NCBI GenBank assembly: GCA_965200965.1
Contig: OZ241744.1
Location: forward strand, 3,556,517-3,620,516
Length of the DNA: 64,000 bases
Direction of reading: 5' to 3'
DNA from: an uncultured Candidatus Binatia bacterium
Lineage (GTDB): Bacteria; Desulfobacterota; Binatia; Bin18
In this document: positions 26,858-36,800 of the stretch, piece after piece
Layout: each line of letters starts with the position of its first letter
How positions within the stretch are numbered: the first letter of the stretch is position 1
The notes under the pieces: generated by a model
What the model was told of the DNA's origin: nothing
What the model saw: the letters and a program-made list of their open reading frames with translations, nothing else
Database searches by the model: none
Made by a program: the position numbers and the translations under genes

Positions 26858-27856
26858 GTGCAGACGACCTATCTGGATTTTGAGCAGGGGCTGAGCGAGC
26901 TTGATAAGCGGATTGAAGGACTAGGTCGCCGGGAAGACTGCTCAGCCGAGGAGTTGAGCGAGCTCGCCCGGCTGACCGAACGGCAGCAGACTCAGGAAGC
27001 GGAGATTTACAAGGCTTTGCTGCCCTGGCAGCGTGTCCAACTCTCACGCCATACCGACCGGCCCTATAGCCTGGATTATATTCGGTCCTTGAGCAGCGAG
27101 TTTGTCGAACTCCACGGCGACCGGACATTTGCTGATGACCCGGCCATTGTCGGCGGTCTGGCCCGCTTCCAGGGACGAGCTATCGTTGTCGTCGGACACC
27201 AGAGGGGCAGAACGGTCCGGGAAAAGGTCTCCCGGAATTTTGGCATGCCGCGTCCCGAAGGGTATCGAAAAGCGCTGCGGCTGTTTCATCTGGCGGAACG
27301 CTTTGGCCGGCCGGTGGTGTCCTTTATTGACACCCAAGGTGCCTACCCCGGGGTGGGTGCCGAAGAGCGTGGCCAAGCTGAAGCGATCGCCCGCAATATC
27401 CGCGAGCTGGCCGGTCTACGGACGCCGGTGATTGTAGTGGTGATTGGCGAGGGGGGCAGTGGCGGAGCCTTAGCGCTGGGGGTCGGTGATCGGGTGTTGA
27501 TGCAGGAGAATGCGTGTTATTCGGTCATTACCCCGGAGGGCTGTGCCGCTATTCTGTACGGCGAGCGGACTCCCGAGCGGGTGGCCAAGGCGGCTGAGGC
27601 GATGAAAATCACCGCCCCCGACCTGTTACGTCTGGGGATGACTGACGATATCATACCTGAGCCGCAGGGCGGAGCGCATCGCCATCCGCAGGCGGCCATG
27701 ACCGCGGTTGGTCAGGCCATCGCCCGTCATCTGCACGAGACCGTTCACCTGTCGTTGGATGAACTGCTGGCCCGCCGCTACGAAAAGTTCCGGCGCATGG
27801 GGACAGAGGCGGTGCGCGACACCGGCGGGCCAAACACCGATAGACGCGGACCCTGA
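26858..27856 (+). CDS. accA: Acetyl-CoA carboxylase carboxyltransferase alpha subunit
   Basis: ELHGDR, NFGMPRPEGYRKALR, AEERGQAEAIARN, GEGGSGGALA. Confidence 0.97.
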   Translation: MQTTYLDFEQGLSELDKRIEGLGRREDCSAEELSELARLTERQQTQEAEIYKALLPWQRVQLSRHTDRPYSLDYIRSLSSEFVELHGDRTFADDPAIVGGLARFQGRAIVVVGHQRGRTVREKVSRNFGMPRPEGYRKALRLFHLAERFGRPVVSFIDTQGAYPGVGAEERGQAEAIARNIRELAGLRTPVIVVVIGEGGSGGALALGVGDRVLMQENACYSVITPEGCAAILYGERTPERVAKAAEAMKITAPDLLRLGMTDDIIPEPQGGAHRHPQAAMTAVGQAIARHLHETVHLSLDELLARRYEKFRRMGTEAVRDTGGPNTDRRGP

Positions 27857-27876
27857 ATCGTAGTACAAAACGAGCC

Positions 27877-28980
27877 GTGCCGAAAAAACGTCCCGCCGTC
27901 TCGCTCGCTCCCTTGCGTGAAAAAATTGACCGGATTGACGCCCAGATTGTCCGCCTTATCAACCGCCGGGCGAGCGTGGCCCAACGCATCGGCCGGGCCA
28001 AGCACAGCGAGCAGGCCGCGGTCTATGTGCCGAGCCGTGAGTACCAGATTATGGCCCGTCTGGCCGAACTGAACAGCGGACCGCTCTCGACCCCCGCCGT
28101 CCAGGCCATTTATCGCGAGATCATCTCGGCCTCGCGGGCTCTCGAACAACTGCCCCGGGTTGCCTACCTGGGGCCGGCCGCGTCATACACCCATATGGCC
28201 GTCCGCGAACAGTTTGGTGCCCTGGTCGAGTGCGTCCCGGTCTCGACCATTCCCGAGGTGTTTGCCGAGGTTGAGCACGAACACACCGATTACGGGGTGG
28301 TGCCAATTGAAAACTCGACCGGCGGAGCGGTTGATATTACGCTTGACCTGTTTGTTGAGTCGCCGCTCAGCATCATTGCCGAACGCTTTCTGGCCATCCG
28401 CCACTGTCTGCTCAGCCGTGCCCCGCGGCTGGAGCGGGTGCAGCGAGTCTTGGCTCACCCGCAAGCCCTGGCCCAGTGTCGGCGCTGGCTGGCCACCCAT
28501 CTGTCGAGCGCGGTCGTTGAGGAGGCCAGCAGCAACTCCCGCGCGGCCGAACTGGCCGCCCATGACACCTGTACCGCGGCCGTTGCCAGCCGTCTGGCCG
28601 GCGAGGAGTACAGGCTTGGGGTGCTGGCCGCGGATATCCAGGATCAGACGGCCAATTTTACCCGCTTTGCCATTCTGGGCCACGCCCAGCCCTCGAAGCC
28701 GACCGGCCACGACAAAACCGCCCTGTTCGTGTCGGTCAAAGACAGGGCCGGCGTCCTGTATCAGACCCTCAAACCTTTTGCCGACAACGCGATCAATATG
28801 TTGCGTATTGAGTCGCGTCCGCTCAAGGGCAAACCCTGGGAATACCTGTTTTTTATTGATGTAGAGGGCCATATGGATGACCCGCCCCTAGCCCGGGCAC
28901 TCCAGGAGATTGAGCCGCTGTGTATCCAGGTCAGGATTCTGGGCTCGTATGCGACCGCCAAACAGGCCAGCCGGACCTAG
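27877..28980 (+). CDS. pheA: Chorismate mutase/prephenate dehydratase
   Basis: LREKIDRID, VPIENS, NFTRF, IESRP. Confidence 0.96.
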   Translation: MPKKRPAVSLAPLREKIDRIDAQIVRLINRRASVAQRIGRAKHSEQAAVYVPSREYQIMARLAELNSGPLSTPAVQAIYREIISASRALEQLPRVAYLGPAASYTHMAVREQFGALVECVPVSTIPEVFAEVEHEHTDYGVVPIENSTGGAVDITLDLFVESPLSIIAERFLAIRHCLLSRAPRLERVQRVLAHPQALAQCRRWLATHLSSAVVEEASSNSRAAELAAHDTCTAAVASRLAGEEYRLGVLAADIQDQTANFTRFAILGHAQPSKPTGHDKTALFVSVKDRAGVLYQTLKPFADNAINMLRIESRPLKGKPWEYLFFIDVEGHMDDPPLARALQEIEPLCIQVRILGSYATAKQASRT

Positions 28981-29021
28981 CCCGATTTGCGGCTGTGTCC
29001 CGACCGCCGGGGTGAGGATGT

Positions 29022-30113
29022 ATGGATATTGGCAAATATGTTCCAGAATGGATTCTGTCCCTGACGCCGTATCAGCCCGGCAAGCCGATTGAAGATCTTG
29101 AACGCGAGTACGGCATTCCCGACTCGATCAAAATTGCCTCAAACGAAAATCCGCTGGGCCCCTCGCCCAAGGCGGTGGCGGCAGTTACGGCCGCGCTGCC
29201 CGTCCTCAATCTCTACCCCGACGGCGATGCGTTTTCCCTGAAAAAACGTCTGGCCGAAAAGCTCGGTCTTGACCGCTCGTGTCTGATTATCGGCAACGGC
29301 TCAAACGAGTTGATCGAAATGATCGTGCGGACCTTTGTGCGGGTCGGGGAGTCCATTGTGGTCGGTGCGCATGCCTTTGCCATCTACCACTTGGTGAATA
29401 AAGCCGCAGGGGGACGGACAATAACGGTTCCGCACACCGGGTTCCGGTTTGACTTGGTGGCTATGGCCGAGGCTGTGACCGCTGATACCCGGATCATCTT
29501 TCTGGATAATCCCAATAACCCGACTGGGACGATGTATCCCCGCGGCGAGTGGGAGGCGTTTTTGCGACGTGTGCCCGCGGCGGTGATGATTGTGGTTGAC
29601 GAGGCCTATTTCGAGTTTGTAGATGACCCGGACTATCCGAACTCGCTCGATTATCACGCCGACGACCGGCTCATCGTCACCCTGCGCACCTTCTCCAAGA
29701 TCTGTGGCTTGGCCGGGCTGCGGGTCGGCTACGGCATCGCGTCGCTCCAGGTGATCGATGCCCTCAACCGTATTCGTCAGCCGTTCAATGTGAACAGCCT
29801 GGCCCAGGTCGGGGCCTTGGCCGCCTTGGACGACGAGGCCCATATCCGTCGCACTCAGGACAATAATGCGCGGGGTTTGGCCTATTTGCGCGCCGCGTTG
29901 GATCGCCTGGGCCTGGAGTACGCGCCGAGTTGGGCCAACTTTCTGTTGGTCAACATCGGGGTCGGGATTGCCGATAAGCTGCTGGCGGCCGGGGTTATTG
30001 TCCGACCGATGGAGGGCTATGGCTATCCGGGTTACGCCCGGGTGAGTGTTGGTACTCCGCACGAGAATGAGCGCTTTATTGGGGCTCTGGAGCGGATTAT
30101 CAAGGAAGCGTAA
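29022..30113 (+). CDS. hisC: Histidinol-phosphate aminotransferase
   Basis: ASNENPLG, NPNNPTG, DEAY, RTFSK. Confidence 0.95.
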   Translation: MDIGKYVPEWILSLTPYQPGKPIEDLEREYGIPDSIKIASNENPLGPSPKAVAAVTAALPVLNLYPDGDAFSLKKRLAEKLGLDRSCLIIGNGSNELIEMIVRTFVRVGESIVVGAHAFAIYHLVNKAAGGRTITVPHTGFRFDLVAMAEAVTADTRIIFLDNPNNPTGTMYPRGEWEAFLRRVPAAVMIVVDEAYFEFVDDPDYPNSLDYHADDRLIVTLRTFSKICGLAGLRVGYGIASLQVIDALNRIRQPFNVNSLAQVGALAALDDEAHIRRTQDNNARGLAYLRAALDRLGLEYAPSWANFLLVNIGVGIADKLLAAGVIVRPMEGYGYPGYARVSVGTPHENERFIGALERIIKEA

Positions 30114-30119
30114 AGACCT

Positions 30120-31001
30120 ATGGCTCGTCTTTTTCAGCGCCTTATCATTGCCGGGGTCGGCCTGATCGGCGGCTCGCTAGGGCTGGCCGCCCGCCAGCGC
30201 GGCTTGGTCGGCGAGGTGATCGGCTTTGGGCGGACCGAAGCCAACCTCAAGGTTGCCCTGGAGCGAGGCTGTATTGATGCCTATACCTTTGACCCGGTCG
30301 AGGCGGCTCAGGGGGCGGACCTGTTTCTGTTGGCTGTGCCGGTTGCGGCCACCCGCCGTGTGATGGAGTCATTCATCCCCCATTTGCCGCCCGGCTGTAT
30401 TATTACCGATGTGGGTAGCGTCAAGGAGCGCGTGGTGACGGTATTGGAGAAACTCCTCCCGCCGTCCCTCCCGTGTGTGGGGGCGCATCCGGTTGCCGGG
30501 ACTGAGCAGGCCGGGGCGGCCGCGGCCTTTGCTTCGCTGTTTAAAAACCGGCTGTGTGTGTTGACCCCGACCCGGGCCACGGACCCGGCCGCCCTGGCCC
30601 GGGTCCGTGGCCTGTGGCAGGCGGTTGGCATGCGGGTTGAAGAGATGGACATGCGGCTCCATGACCAAGTGTTGGCACGGGTCAGTCACCTGCCACACCT
30701 GATTGCTTTCAGTGTGATGAACGCCGCGCTGGCCAACCCCCTGCCCGGTGTGGACGTCCTGGCCTATGCCGGCAGCGCCTTTCATGACCTGAGTCGGGTC
30801 GCGGCCAGTCCGGTCGAGATGTGGCGGGATATTTGCCTGGAGAACCGTGCGGCGCTGCTGGCTGCGGTGACCGAGTTTGAGCTTGCTTTAGCTGACTTCA
30901 AAGCGGCCATTGCTGAGGCTGACGACCAGACCCTGGCCGAGGCAATAGCCGCGGCCCGGACAGAGCGGCAGCGTTTGATGCGCCTGCGAGAGCGGCCATG
31001 A
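30120..31001 (+). CDS. tyrA: Prephenate/arogenate dehydrogenase
   Basis: GVGLIGGS, DVGSVK, HPVAGTE, SHLPH. Confidence 0.95.
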   Translation: MARLFQRLIIAGVGLIGGSLGLAARQRGLVGEVIGFGRTEANLKVALERGCIDAYTFDPVEAAQGADLFLLAVPVAATRRVMESFIPHLPPGCIITDVGSVKERVVTVLEKLLPPSLPCVGAHPVAGTEQAGAAAAFASLFKNRLCVLTPTRATDPAALARVRGLWQAVGMRVEEMDMRLHDQVLARVSHLPHLIAFSVMNAALANPLPGVDVLAYAGSAFHDLSRVAASPVEMWRDICLENRAALLAAVTEFELALADFKAAIAEADDQTLAEAIAAARTERQRLMRLRERP

Positions 31002-32332
31002 CTGACGCCCTGCTCATCAGCCCCGCCCCGACCAGGATGTGTGGAGAACTCAGCCCGCCTGGCGACAAGGCGATCAGCCATCGGGCGCTTATGTTTGGTG
31101 CGGTCGCCCACGGCCAGAGCCGTATCCGCAACTGTGCTGTAGGCGGGGATAACCGCAGTACGGTCGGCGCTCTCCGGGAACTCGGGGTCGATATTGTCCA
31201 GAACGGCAGCGAGGTAATCGTCACCGGGCGGGGCTGGGCGGGGCTGCGAGCGTCGTCCAGCCCTCTCGACTGCGGCAATTCGGGGACTACCGCCCGCCTG
31301 TTGTGCGGCGTCTTATCGGGCCGGGTTTTTGCCTCTCGGCTCGACGGCGACGCGTCGCTGCGCGGTCGACCGATGGGCCGGGTGATTGATCCGCTGCGCC
31401 AGATGGGGGCCAGGATCACGGCTGAGGGCGGAACGCATCTGCCCCTGTACATCCACGGCCTTGGCCCGGATCAGGTGCTTCGGGCGGTACGCTACCGCAG
31501 CCCGGTGGCGAGTGCCCAGGTCAAGTCGGCCATTCTCCTGGCCGGGCTCCAGGCTCGGGGGACAACCCAGGTCTGGGAACCTGTCCGTTCCCGTGATCAT
31601 ACTGAGCGTATGCTGACGGCCTTCGGCGGCCGGGTCGAGGTACGGGGCACCATGGTCTCTGTCGCCGGCGAACAGCGGTTGCACGCCTGCGAGCTTGAGG
31701 TGCCCGGCGACCTGTCGTCGGCCGCTTTTTTTATTGGAGCGGGACTGATTGTGCCGCACTCCGAATTGCAAGTCAGCGGGGTGGGGCTGAATCCGACTCG
31801 AACCGGGGTGCTCGATATCTTCCGCGCGATGGGCGGCACGCTGCGCATTGACAACGAGCGCCGGGTAGGTGGCGAGCCGGTGGGTGATGTAGTGGTCCAC
31901 GCCAGTCGGCTGCGTGGCACGCGGATTGATGGAGCCTTGGTCGTTCGGGCTATTGATGAGTTTCCGATCATCGCTGTGGCTGCGGCCTGCGCCGAGGGAA
32001 CAACCGTGATTCGCGGGGCTCAGGAACTGCGGGTAAAGGAGAGCGACCGGCTGCGGACGATTGCCATCGCGCTCCAGGCGTTCGGCGTCGGCGTGACCGA
32101 ACTGCCGGATGGGGTGGTCATTGAGGGCCGGACTGGCCAGGACCAGCCGTTTCGGGCCGCGGCCGTCTCCAGCGGGGGCGACCACCGCATCGCCATGGCG
32201 CTCAGCGTGGCCGGCCTACGGGCGGGCGGGCCGCTCGTCTTAGAGCGGGCCAGCTGCGTTGATATTTCATTTCCGGGCTTCTATCGTGTGTTGCAGGAGC
32301 TGAGCGGCGTTGACATCCGGGCCGTCCAATAA
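30998..32332 (+). CDS. aroA: EPSP synthase
   Basis: PGDKAISHR, GNSGTT, SAQVKS, RDHTERM, KESDR, DHRIAM. Confidence 0.97.
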   Translation: MTDALLISPAPTRMCGELSPPGDKAISHRALMFGAVAHGQSRIRNCAVGGDNRSTVGALRELGVDIVQNGSEVIVTGRGWAGLRASSSPLDCGNSGTTARLLCGVLSGRVFASRLDGDASLRGRPMGRVIDPLRQMGARITAEGGTHLPLYIHGLGPDQVLRAVRYRSPVASAQVKSAILLAGLQARGTTQVWEPVRSRDHTERMLTAFGGRVEVRGTMVSVAGEQRLHACELEVPGDLSSAAFFIGAGLIVPHSELQVSGVGLNPTRTGVLDIFRAMGGTLRIDNERRVGGEPVGDVVVHASRLRGTRIDGALVVRAIDEFPIIAVAAACAEGTTVIRGAQELRVKESDRLRTIAIALQAFGVGVTELPDGVVIEGRTGQDQPFRAAAVSSGGDHRIAMALSVAGLRAGGPLVLERASCVDISFPGFYRVLQELSGVDIRAVQ

Positions 32333-32336
32333 GCGG

Positions 32337-33041
32337 ATGAAAACAGGTCTGATTATTGCCCTAGACGGTCCGGCCGGAGCCGGAAAAAGTTCGGTCAGCC
32401 GCCTGTTGGCTGAACGCCTTGGCTATCGCTATGTTGATACCGGTGCCCTGTACCGGACGGTCGGCCTGTTGGCTTGGGAGCGGCAGCTCGACCCTGGCGA
32501 CACCGAGGGTCTGGCGTTGGTGTGTGAGGCGCTCGAGGTGCGCTTTGAGCCGGGTCCGGGCGGCCAGCGTCTTTTTGTGGGCCAGCGGGATGTGACCGCT
32601 CAGATTCGGCGTCCTGAGGTGAGCCAGATGGCATCCAAGGTGTCCGCCCAGCCGCTCGTGCGCGAGCGCTTGTTGGCGGTTCAGCGTGAGTTGGGCTGCG
32701 GTGGCGGGATAGTGGTTGAAGGACGGGATATTGGTACCGTGGTCTTTCCTGGGGCCGACCTCAAGGTCTATCTCGACGCCTCGGCCGAGGAACGCAGCCG
32801 TCGTCGTTACCGGGAACTACGCCAAAAAGGTGCCTCGACTTCTCTGGCGCTGACGCGCAGCGACATGCAGGAACGGGACGAACGCGATCGGCACCGCCGC
32901 CACGCACCGCTGCGCCCGGCCTCCGACGCTATCATTCTTGACACCACCGGCCTCAGCTTGGCAGAAGTGGTGGACACGCTTGCCAGTTGCGCGGAACACT
33001 GTGCAACTGCTGATGAAAAAAGGAAAAGGTACAAAGTGTAG
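32337..33041 (+). CDS. cmk: Cytidylate kinase
   Basis: DGPAGAGKS, DTGALYR, EGRDIGTVVFP. Confidence 0.97.
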   Translation: MKTGLIIALDGPAGAGKSSVSRLLAERLGYRYVDTGALYRTVGLLAWERQLDPGDTEGLALVCEALEVRFEPGPGGQRLFVGQRDVTAQIRRPEVSQMASKVSAQPLVRERLLAVQRELGCGGGIVVEGRDIGTVVFPGADLKVYLDASAEERSRRRYRELRQKGASTSLALTRSDMQERDERDRHRRHAPLRPASDAIILDTTGLSLAEVVDTLASCAEHCATADEKRKRYKV

Positions 33042-33115
33042 CTCTTGCAACCTTATGGAGAGGAGGGTATGCAGAGGCGAGGAGCAGGGAGCTTCCCCAG
33101 GGGGTACACACAAAC

Positions 33116-34927
33116 ATGGAACACAACACCGAGCACGAAGAAGCCCAGGTCCATAGCGCGGACGCTGCCGCCGCCGAGAGCCAAGCTCAACCGGACAGCC
33201 CAGCCGCAGAGGAACAGGGCGGCGGAAGTGAAGATTTCAGCCAACTGTTTGAAGAGAGTTTGCAGACAGTCAAACCCGGTGAGATCGTCCGGGGGCGAGT
33301 GGTGAACATTGGGCCGGAGGTGGTCACGATCGACATTGGCTATAAATCGGAGGGGCAAATCCCCGTGGCCGAGTTTCGCTCGCACGAGGGACAAATCATT
33401 GTCAGTGAGGGCGATGAGGTTGAGGTCTTTTTTGATTCGGCTGACGCCGAGCAGGAAGGCATTGTGTTGTCTCGGGCCAAGGCGGAACAGTTCCGGGTGT
33501 GGCACAACATCGAAGAAGCCTTCACCGGCGGTCTACCTATCGAGGGCAGCATCGTTGGGAAAGTCAAAGGCGGCCTGAAGGTTGATATCGGGGTCTCGGC
33601 CTTTCTGCCCGGCTCGCATGTCGGTTTACGCCCGGTGCGAGATCTGGAGCGGTTTATCGGACGCAGGGAGAAGTTCGCCGTCCTCAAATATAACCGCTCA
33701 CGGGCCAATGTGGTCGTCTCGCGGCGAACAGTCCTAGAGCAAGAACAGACGGCCCTGCGCGAGGAGACGCTCAAGCTGCTTGAAGAAGGGGTCATTCTGG
33801 AAGGGACGGTCAAGAACATCACCGACTACGGGGCGTTTGTCGATCTGGGCGGGATTGATGGCCTGCTGCATGTGACCGATATGTCATGGGGCCGTGTTGG
33901 TCACCCGTCAGAAATGGTCAAGGCCGGCGAAACGCTCAAGGTGGTGGTCTTAAAGTACGACGCCAAGCGTGAACGGGTCTCGCTCGGTCTCAAGCAATTG
34001 GTTCCCGACCCCTGGCTCACGGTTGCCGAGCGCTACACAGTCGAAGGCCGGGCCCACGGAAAAGTCGTCAGCTTGGCCGATTACGGTGCCTTTGTTGAGT
34101 TGGAGAGCGGCGTCGAGGGCCTGCTGCATGTGTCCGAAATGTCGTGGACCAAGCGCATCACCCATCCCTCCAAGCTGCTGTCGGTCGGGGATAAGATCGC
34201 CGTTGTGGTCTTGGACATCAACCCCGACCACCGACGTATCTCCTTAGGGCTCAAACAGATTTCGCCCAACCCGTGGGAGCTGGTGCGGATGAATCACCCG
34301 GTCGGCAGCCATATCTCGGGCAAAGTCAAAAGCCTCACCGACTTTGGCGTCTTTGTCGAGGTTGAGGACGGCATTGACGGCTTGGCCCATATTTCTGATC
34401 TGCACTGGACCAAAAAGGTCAAACACCCCTCAGAGTTGTTCAAAAAGGGCGATGAGGTTGAAGCGGTTATCCTTGGGGTTGATGTCGCAAACGAACGAAT
34501 CTCGCTGGGGATCAAACAGGCGGTGGTTGATCCGTGGCAGACCCTGGCCGAGCGCCATCCGGTCGGCAGTCAGATCAACGGCAAGATCACCAGCGTAACC
34601 GATTTTGGCGTCTTCGTCGAGGTTGAAGACGGGGTTGAGGGGCTGGTCCACATTTCTCAGCTGTCAACCGAACGGGTTGAGAAACCGTCGGCACTATTTG
34701 GTGTCGGGACCGAAGTCGAGGCTGAAGTCATCCACATTGACGCGCGTGAACACAAGATGGGGCTCAGCATTAAAGCCCTGCGTCGGACCGAGGAACGGGC
34801 CGAGATAGAGACCTACTTGCATCGTGAGCGGGAAGAGGCGCGGTTTTCCTTTGAAGATATTCTGGGCGAAGAATTACGCCTCGACCGGGAAGACGCTGAG
34901 GACAAGGACGACCGGCAGAAAGACTGA
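33116..34927 (+). CDS. rpsA: 30S ribosomal protein S1
   Basis: Six S1 repeats (YGAFVDLGGIDGLLH and similar). Confidence 0.98.
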   Translation: MEHNTEHEEAQVHSADAAAAESQAQPDSPAAEEQGGGSEDFSQLFEESLQTVKPGEIVRGRVVNIGPEVVTIDIGYKSEGQIPVAEFRSHEGQIIVSEGDEVEVFFDSADAEQEGIVLSRAKAEQFRVWHNIEEAFTGGLPIEGSIVGKVKGGLKVDIGVSAFLPGSHVGLRPVRDLERFIGRREKFAVLKYNRSRANVVVSRRTVLEQEQTALREETLKLLEEGVILEGTVKNITDYGAFVDLGGIDGLLHVTDMSWGRVGHPSEMVKAGETLKVVVLKYDAKRERVSLGLKQLVPDPWLTVAERYTVEGRAHGKVVSLADYGAFVELESGVEGLLHVSEMSWTKRITHPSKLLSVGDKIAVVVLDINPDHRRISLGLKQISPNPWELVRMNHPVGSHISGKVKSLTDFGVFVEVEDGIDGLAHISDLHWTKKVKHPSELFKKGDEVEAVILGVDVANERISLGIKQAVVDPWQTLAERHPVGSQINGKITSVTDFGVFVEVEDGVEGLVHISQLSTERVEKPSALFGVGTEVEAEVIHIDAREHKMGLSIKALRRTEERAEIETYLHREREEARFSFEDILGEELRLDREDAEDKDDRQKD

Positions 34928-34938
34928 GGGGCAGGGCG

Positions 34939-35304
34939 GTGACCAAACGGCATCTTATTGAGGAAGTGGCTGAGCACTACCCCCGGTTCTCACGGCGTGA
35001 GGCCGAAGTCATGGTCAATGTGGTGTTTGATAGTATGACGCAGGCCCTGGTGCGGGGCGAGCGGATCGAAATTCGGGGATTTGGAAGTTTTATCATCAAG
35101 GCTCGCCAAGCTCGCCAGGGACGCAATCCGCGCACCGGTACGGTCGTGTCGGTGGCGGCCAAACGCGTGCTGCTGTTCAAAGTCGGCAAAGAACTCCGCT
35201 TGCGGGTAGACAAGAAAATGGCTGTTCAGGCCAACGCGCCCGCGGACGGCACCCCTCCCCGCCTAGAGCAGACCCCCCAGACTGAAAGCGCAGAGGAGAG
35301 GTAA
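34939..35304 (+). CDS. ihfB: Integration host factor beta / HU-like protein
   Basis: RIEIRGFGSF, GRNPRTG, FKVGKELR; follows rpsA. Confidence 0.9.
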   Translation: MTKRHLIEEVAEHYPRFSRREAEVMVNVVFDSMTQALVRGERIEIRGFGSFIIKARQARQGRNPRTGTVVSVAAKRVLLFKVGKELRLRVDKKMAVQANAPADGTPPRLEQTPQTESAEER

Positions 35305-35312
35305 AGATCGTT

Positions 35313-36734
35313 GTGCAACATCCCAGCGAAACCCTACGTCAGAAAGCCTGGACGCTTGGAGACCTGAAACAGGCCGGCTACCAAGTGCTGTCCGTGCGGG
35401 AAGAGATGCGGACCAACCTGCTGCGTATGCTCGCGGCCGGCGAGCAGATCCTGCCCGGCATTATCGGTTATGAAGACAGCGTGATTCCAGATGTTGAGAA
35501 CGCGGTCCTGGCCGGCCACCACATGGTCTTCCTCGGCGAACGCGGCCAAGCCAAGTCCCGAATTATTCGCGGCCTCACGTCCTTGTTAGACCCCTACGTT
35601 CCGGTCATTCGAGACGCAGAAATCCCGGAGAATCCTTTTGTCCCGATTACTCCCCAGGGCAGACGGCTGGCGGCCGAACGGGGCGACGACTTGGAGATCT
35701 CCTGGCTGATCCAGGACGAACGCTACGCCGAAAAACTGGCCACCCCGGACGTTGCGGTGGCCGATTTGATCGGTGAGGTTGATCCGATCAAGGTCGCCGA
35801 AGGACGCTATCTATCAAACGAAGAGACCGTTCACTACGGCCTCATTCCCCGCACCAACCGCGGTATCTTTGCTATTAACGAGTTGCCCGACCTGACCGAG
35901 AAGGTCCAGGTTGGCCTGTTCAACCTGATGGAAGAAAAAGATGTCCAGATTAAGGGTTTTAAGATTCGCCTGCCGGTTGATGTGATGATTGTCGCCAGCG
36001 CCAACCCGGAAGATTACACCAGCCGGGGACGGATTATTACTCCCCTCAAAGACCGTTTCGATGTCCAGATTCGGACCCATTACCCGCGCTCGCTTGAGCA
36101 TGAGATTTCGATCATGGAACAAGAGGCGACCATCTTTCCGCGCGGGCAGCGGATGTTTCAGGTGCCGCAGTTCATGAAGGAAATCCTGGCCCAGTTGACC
36201 ATCGAAGCGCGCAACTCAAGCGAGATCAACCAAGCCTCGGGTGTCAGCGTCCGGGTGACGATCAATAATTTTGAGAGCCTGCTCAGCAACGCCGAGAAAC
36301 GCGCTGTGCGCCTCGGCGAGACCAATGTTGTGCCCCGGATCAGCGACCTGCACGCCTTGTATCCCTCAACCGCCGGAAAGATCGAACTGGAGTACTCGGG
36401 TGAGGACAAAAAAGACGGCGAGATTATAGATCGGCTGATCAGCCGAGCGGTGCAAAAGGTATTTGACCAACACCTGAGCGTCGAAGGGCTAGCCCCGGTC
36501 GTGGACTCTTTCAAAAATGGTTGGGGAATCGAGATTTCTGATGGCATGGCGGCCGCGGACTACCTGGACACGCGACACCAGGTCACCGGGCTGGCCGATG
36601 GTCTCAAGGTCCTGGGGGTGGATTCGCAACCGGGTCTCATTGCGGCGGCGACCGAATTCATCCTTGAAGGGCTCCATCTCCACCAAAAACTCAATAAAGA
36701 GAGCGAAGGCGGACGCTATACCTACCGGGCCTAG
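35313..36734 (+). CDS. Mg-chelatase-like AAA+ ATPase
   Basis: GERGQAKS Walker A variant, FAINELPDL, SANPEDYTSRGRIITPLKDRF. Confidence 0.85.
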   Translation: MQHPSETLRQKAWTLGDLKQAGYQVLSVREEMRTNLLRMLAAGEQILPGIIGYEDSVIPDVENAVLAGHHMVFLGERGQAKSRIIRGLTSLLDPYVPVIRDAEIPENPFVPITPQGRRLAAERGDDLEISWLIQDERYAEKLATPDVAVADLIGEVDPIKVAEGRYLSNEETVHYGLIPRTNRGIFAINELPDLTEKVQVGLFNLMEEKDVQIKGFKIRLPVDVMIVASANPEDYTSRGRIITPLKDRFDVQIRTHYPRSLEHEISIMEQEATIFPRGQRMFQVPQFMKEILAQLTIEARNSSEINQASGVSVRVTINNFESLLSNAEKRAVRLGETNVVPRISDLHALYPSTAGKIELEYSGEDKKDGEIIDRLISRAVQKVFDQHLSVEGLAPVVDSFKNGWGIEISDGMAAADYLDTRHQVTGLADGLKVLGVDSQPGLIAAATEFILEGLHLHQKLNKESEGGRYTYRA

Positions 36735-36800
36735 GCCGTCCTCCGGCCCGGGACTCTTCCGGCCCGACCGCTCCGGCTCAGCACAACACGGGCGCACCCC

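Noticed and set aside
33760-34780. Internal nucleotide repeats in rpsA
   Set aside because: Explained by tandem S1 domains.
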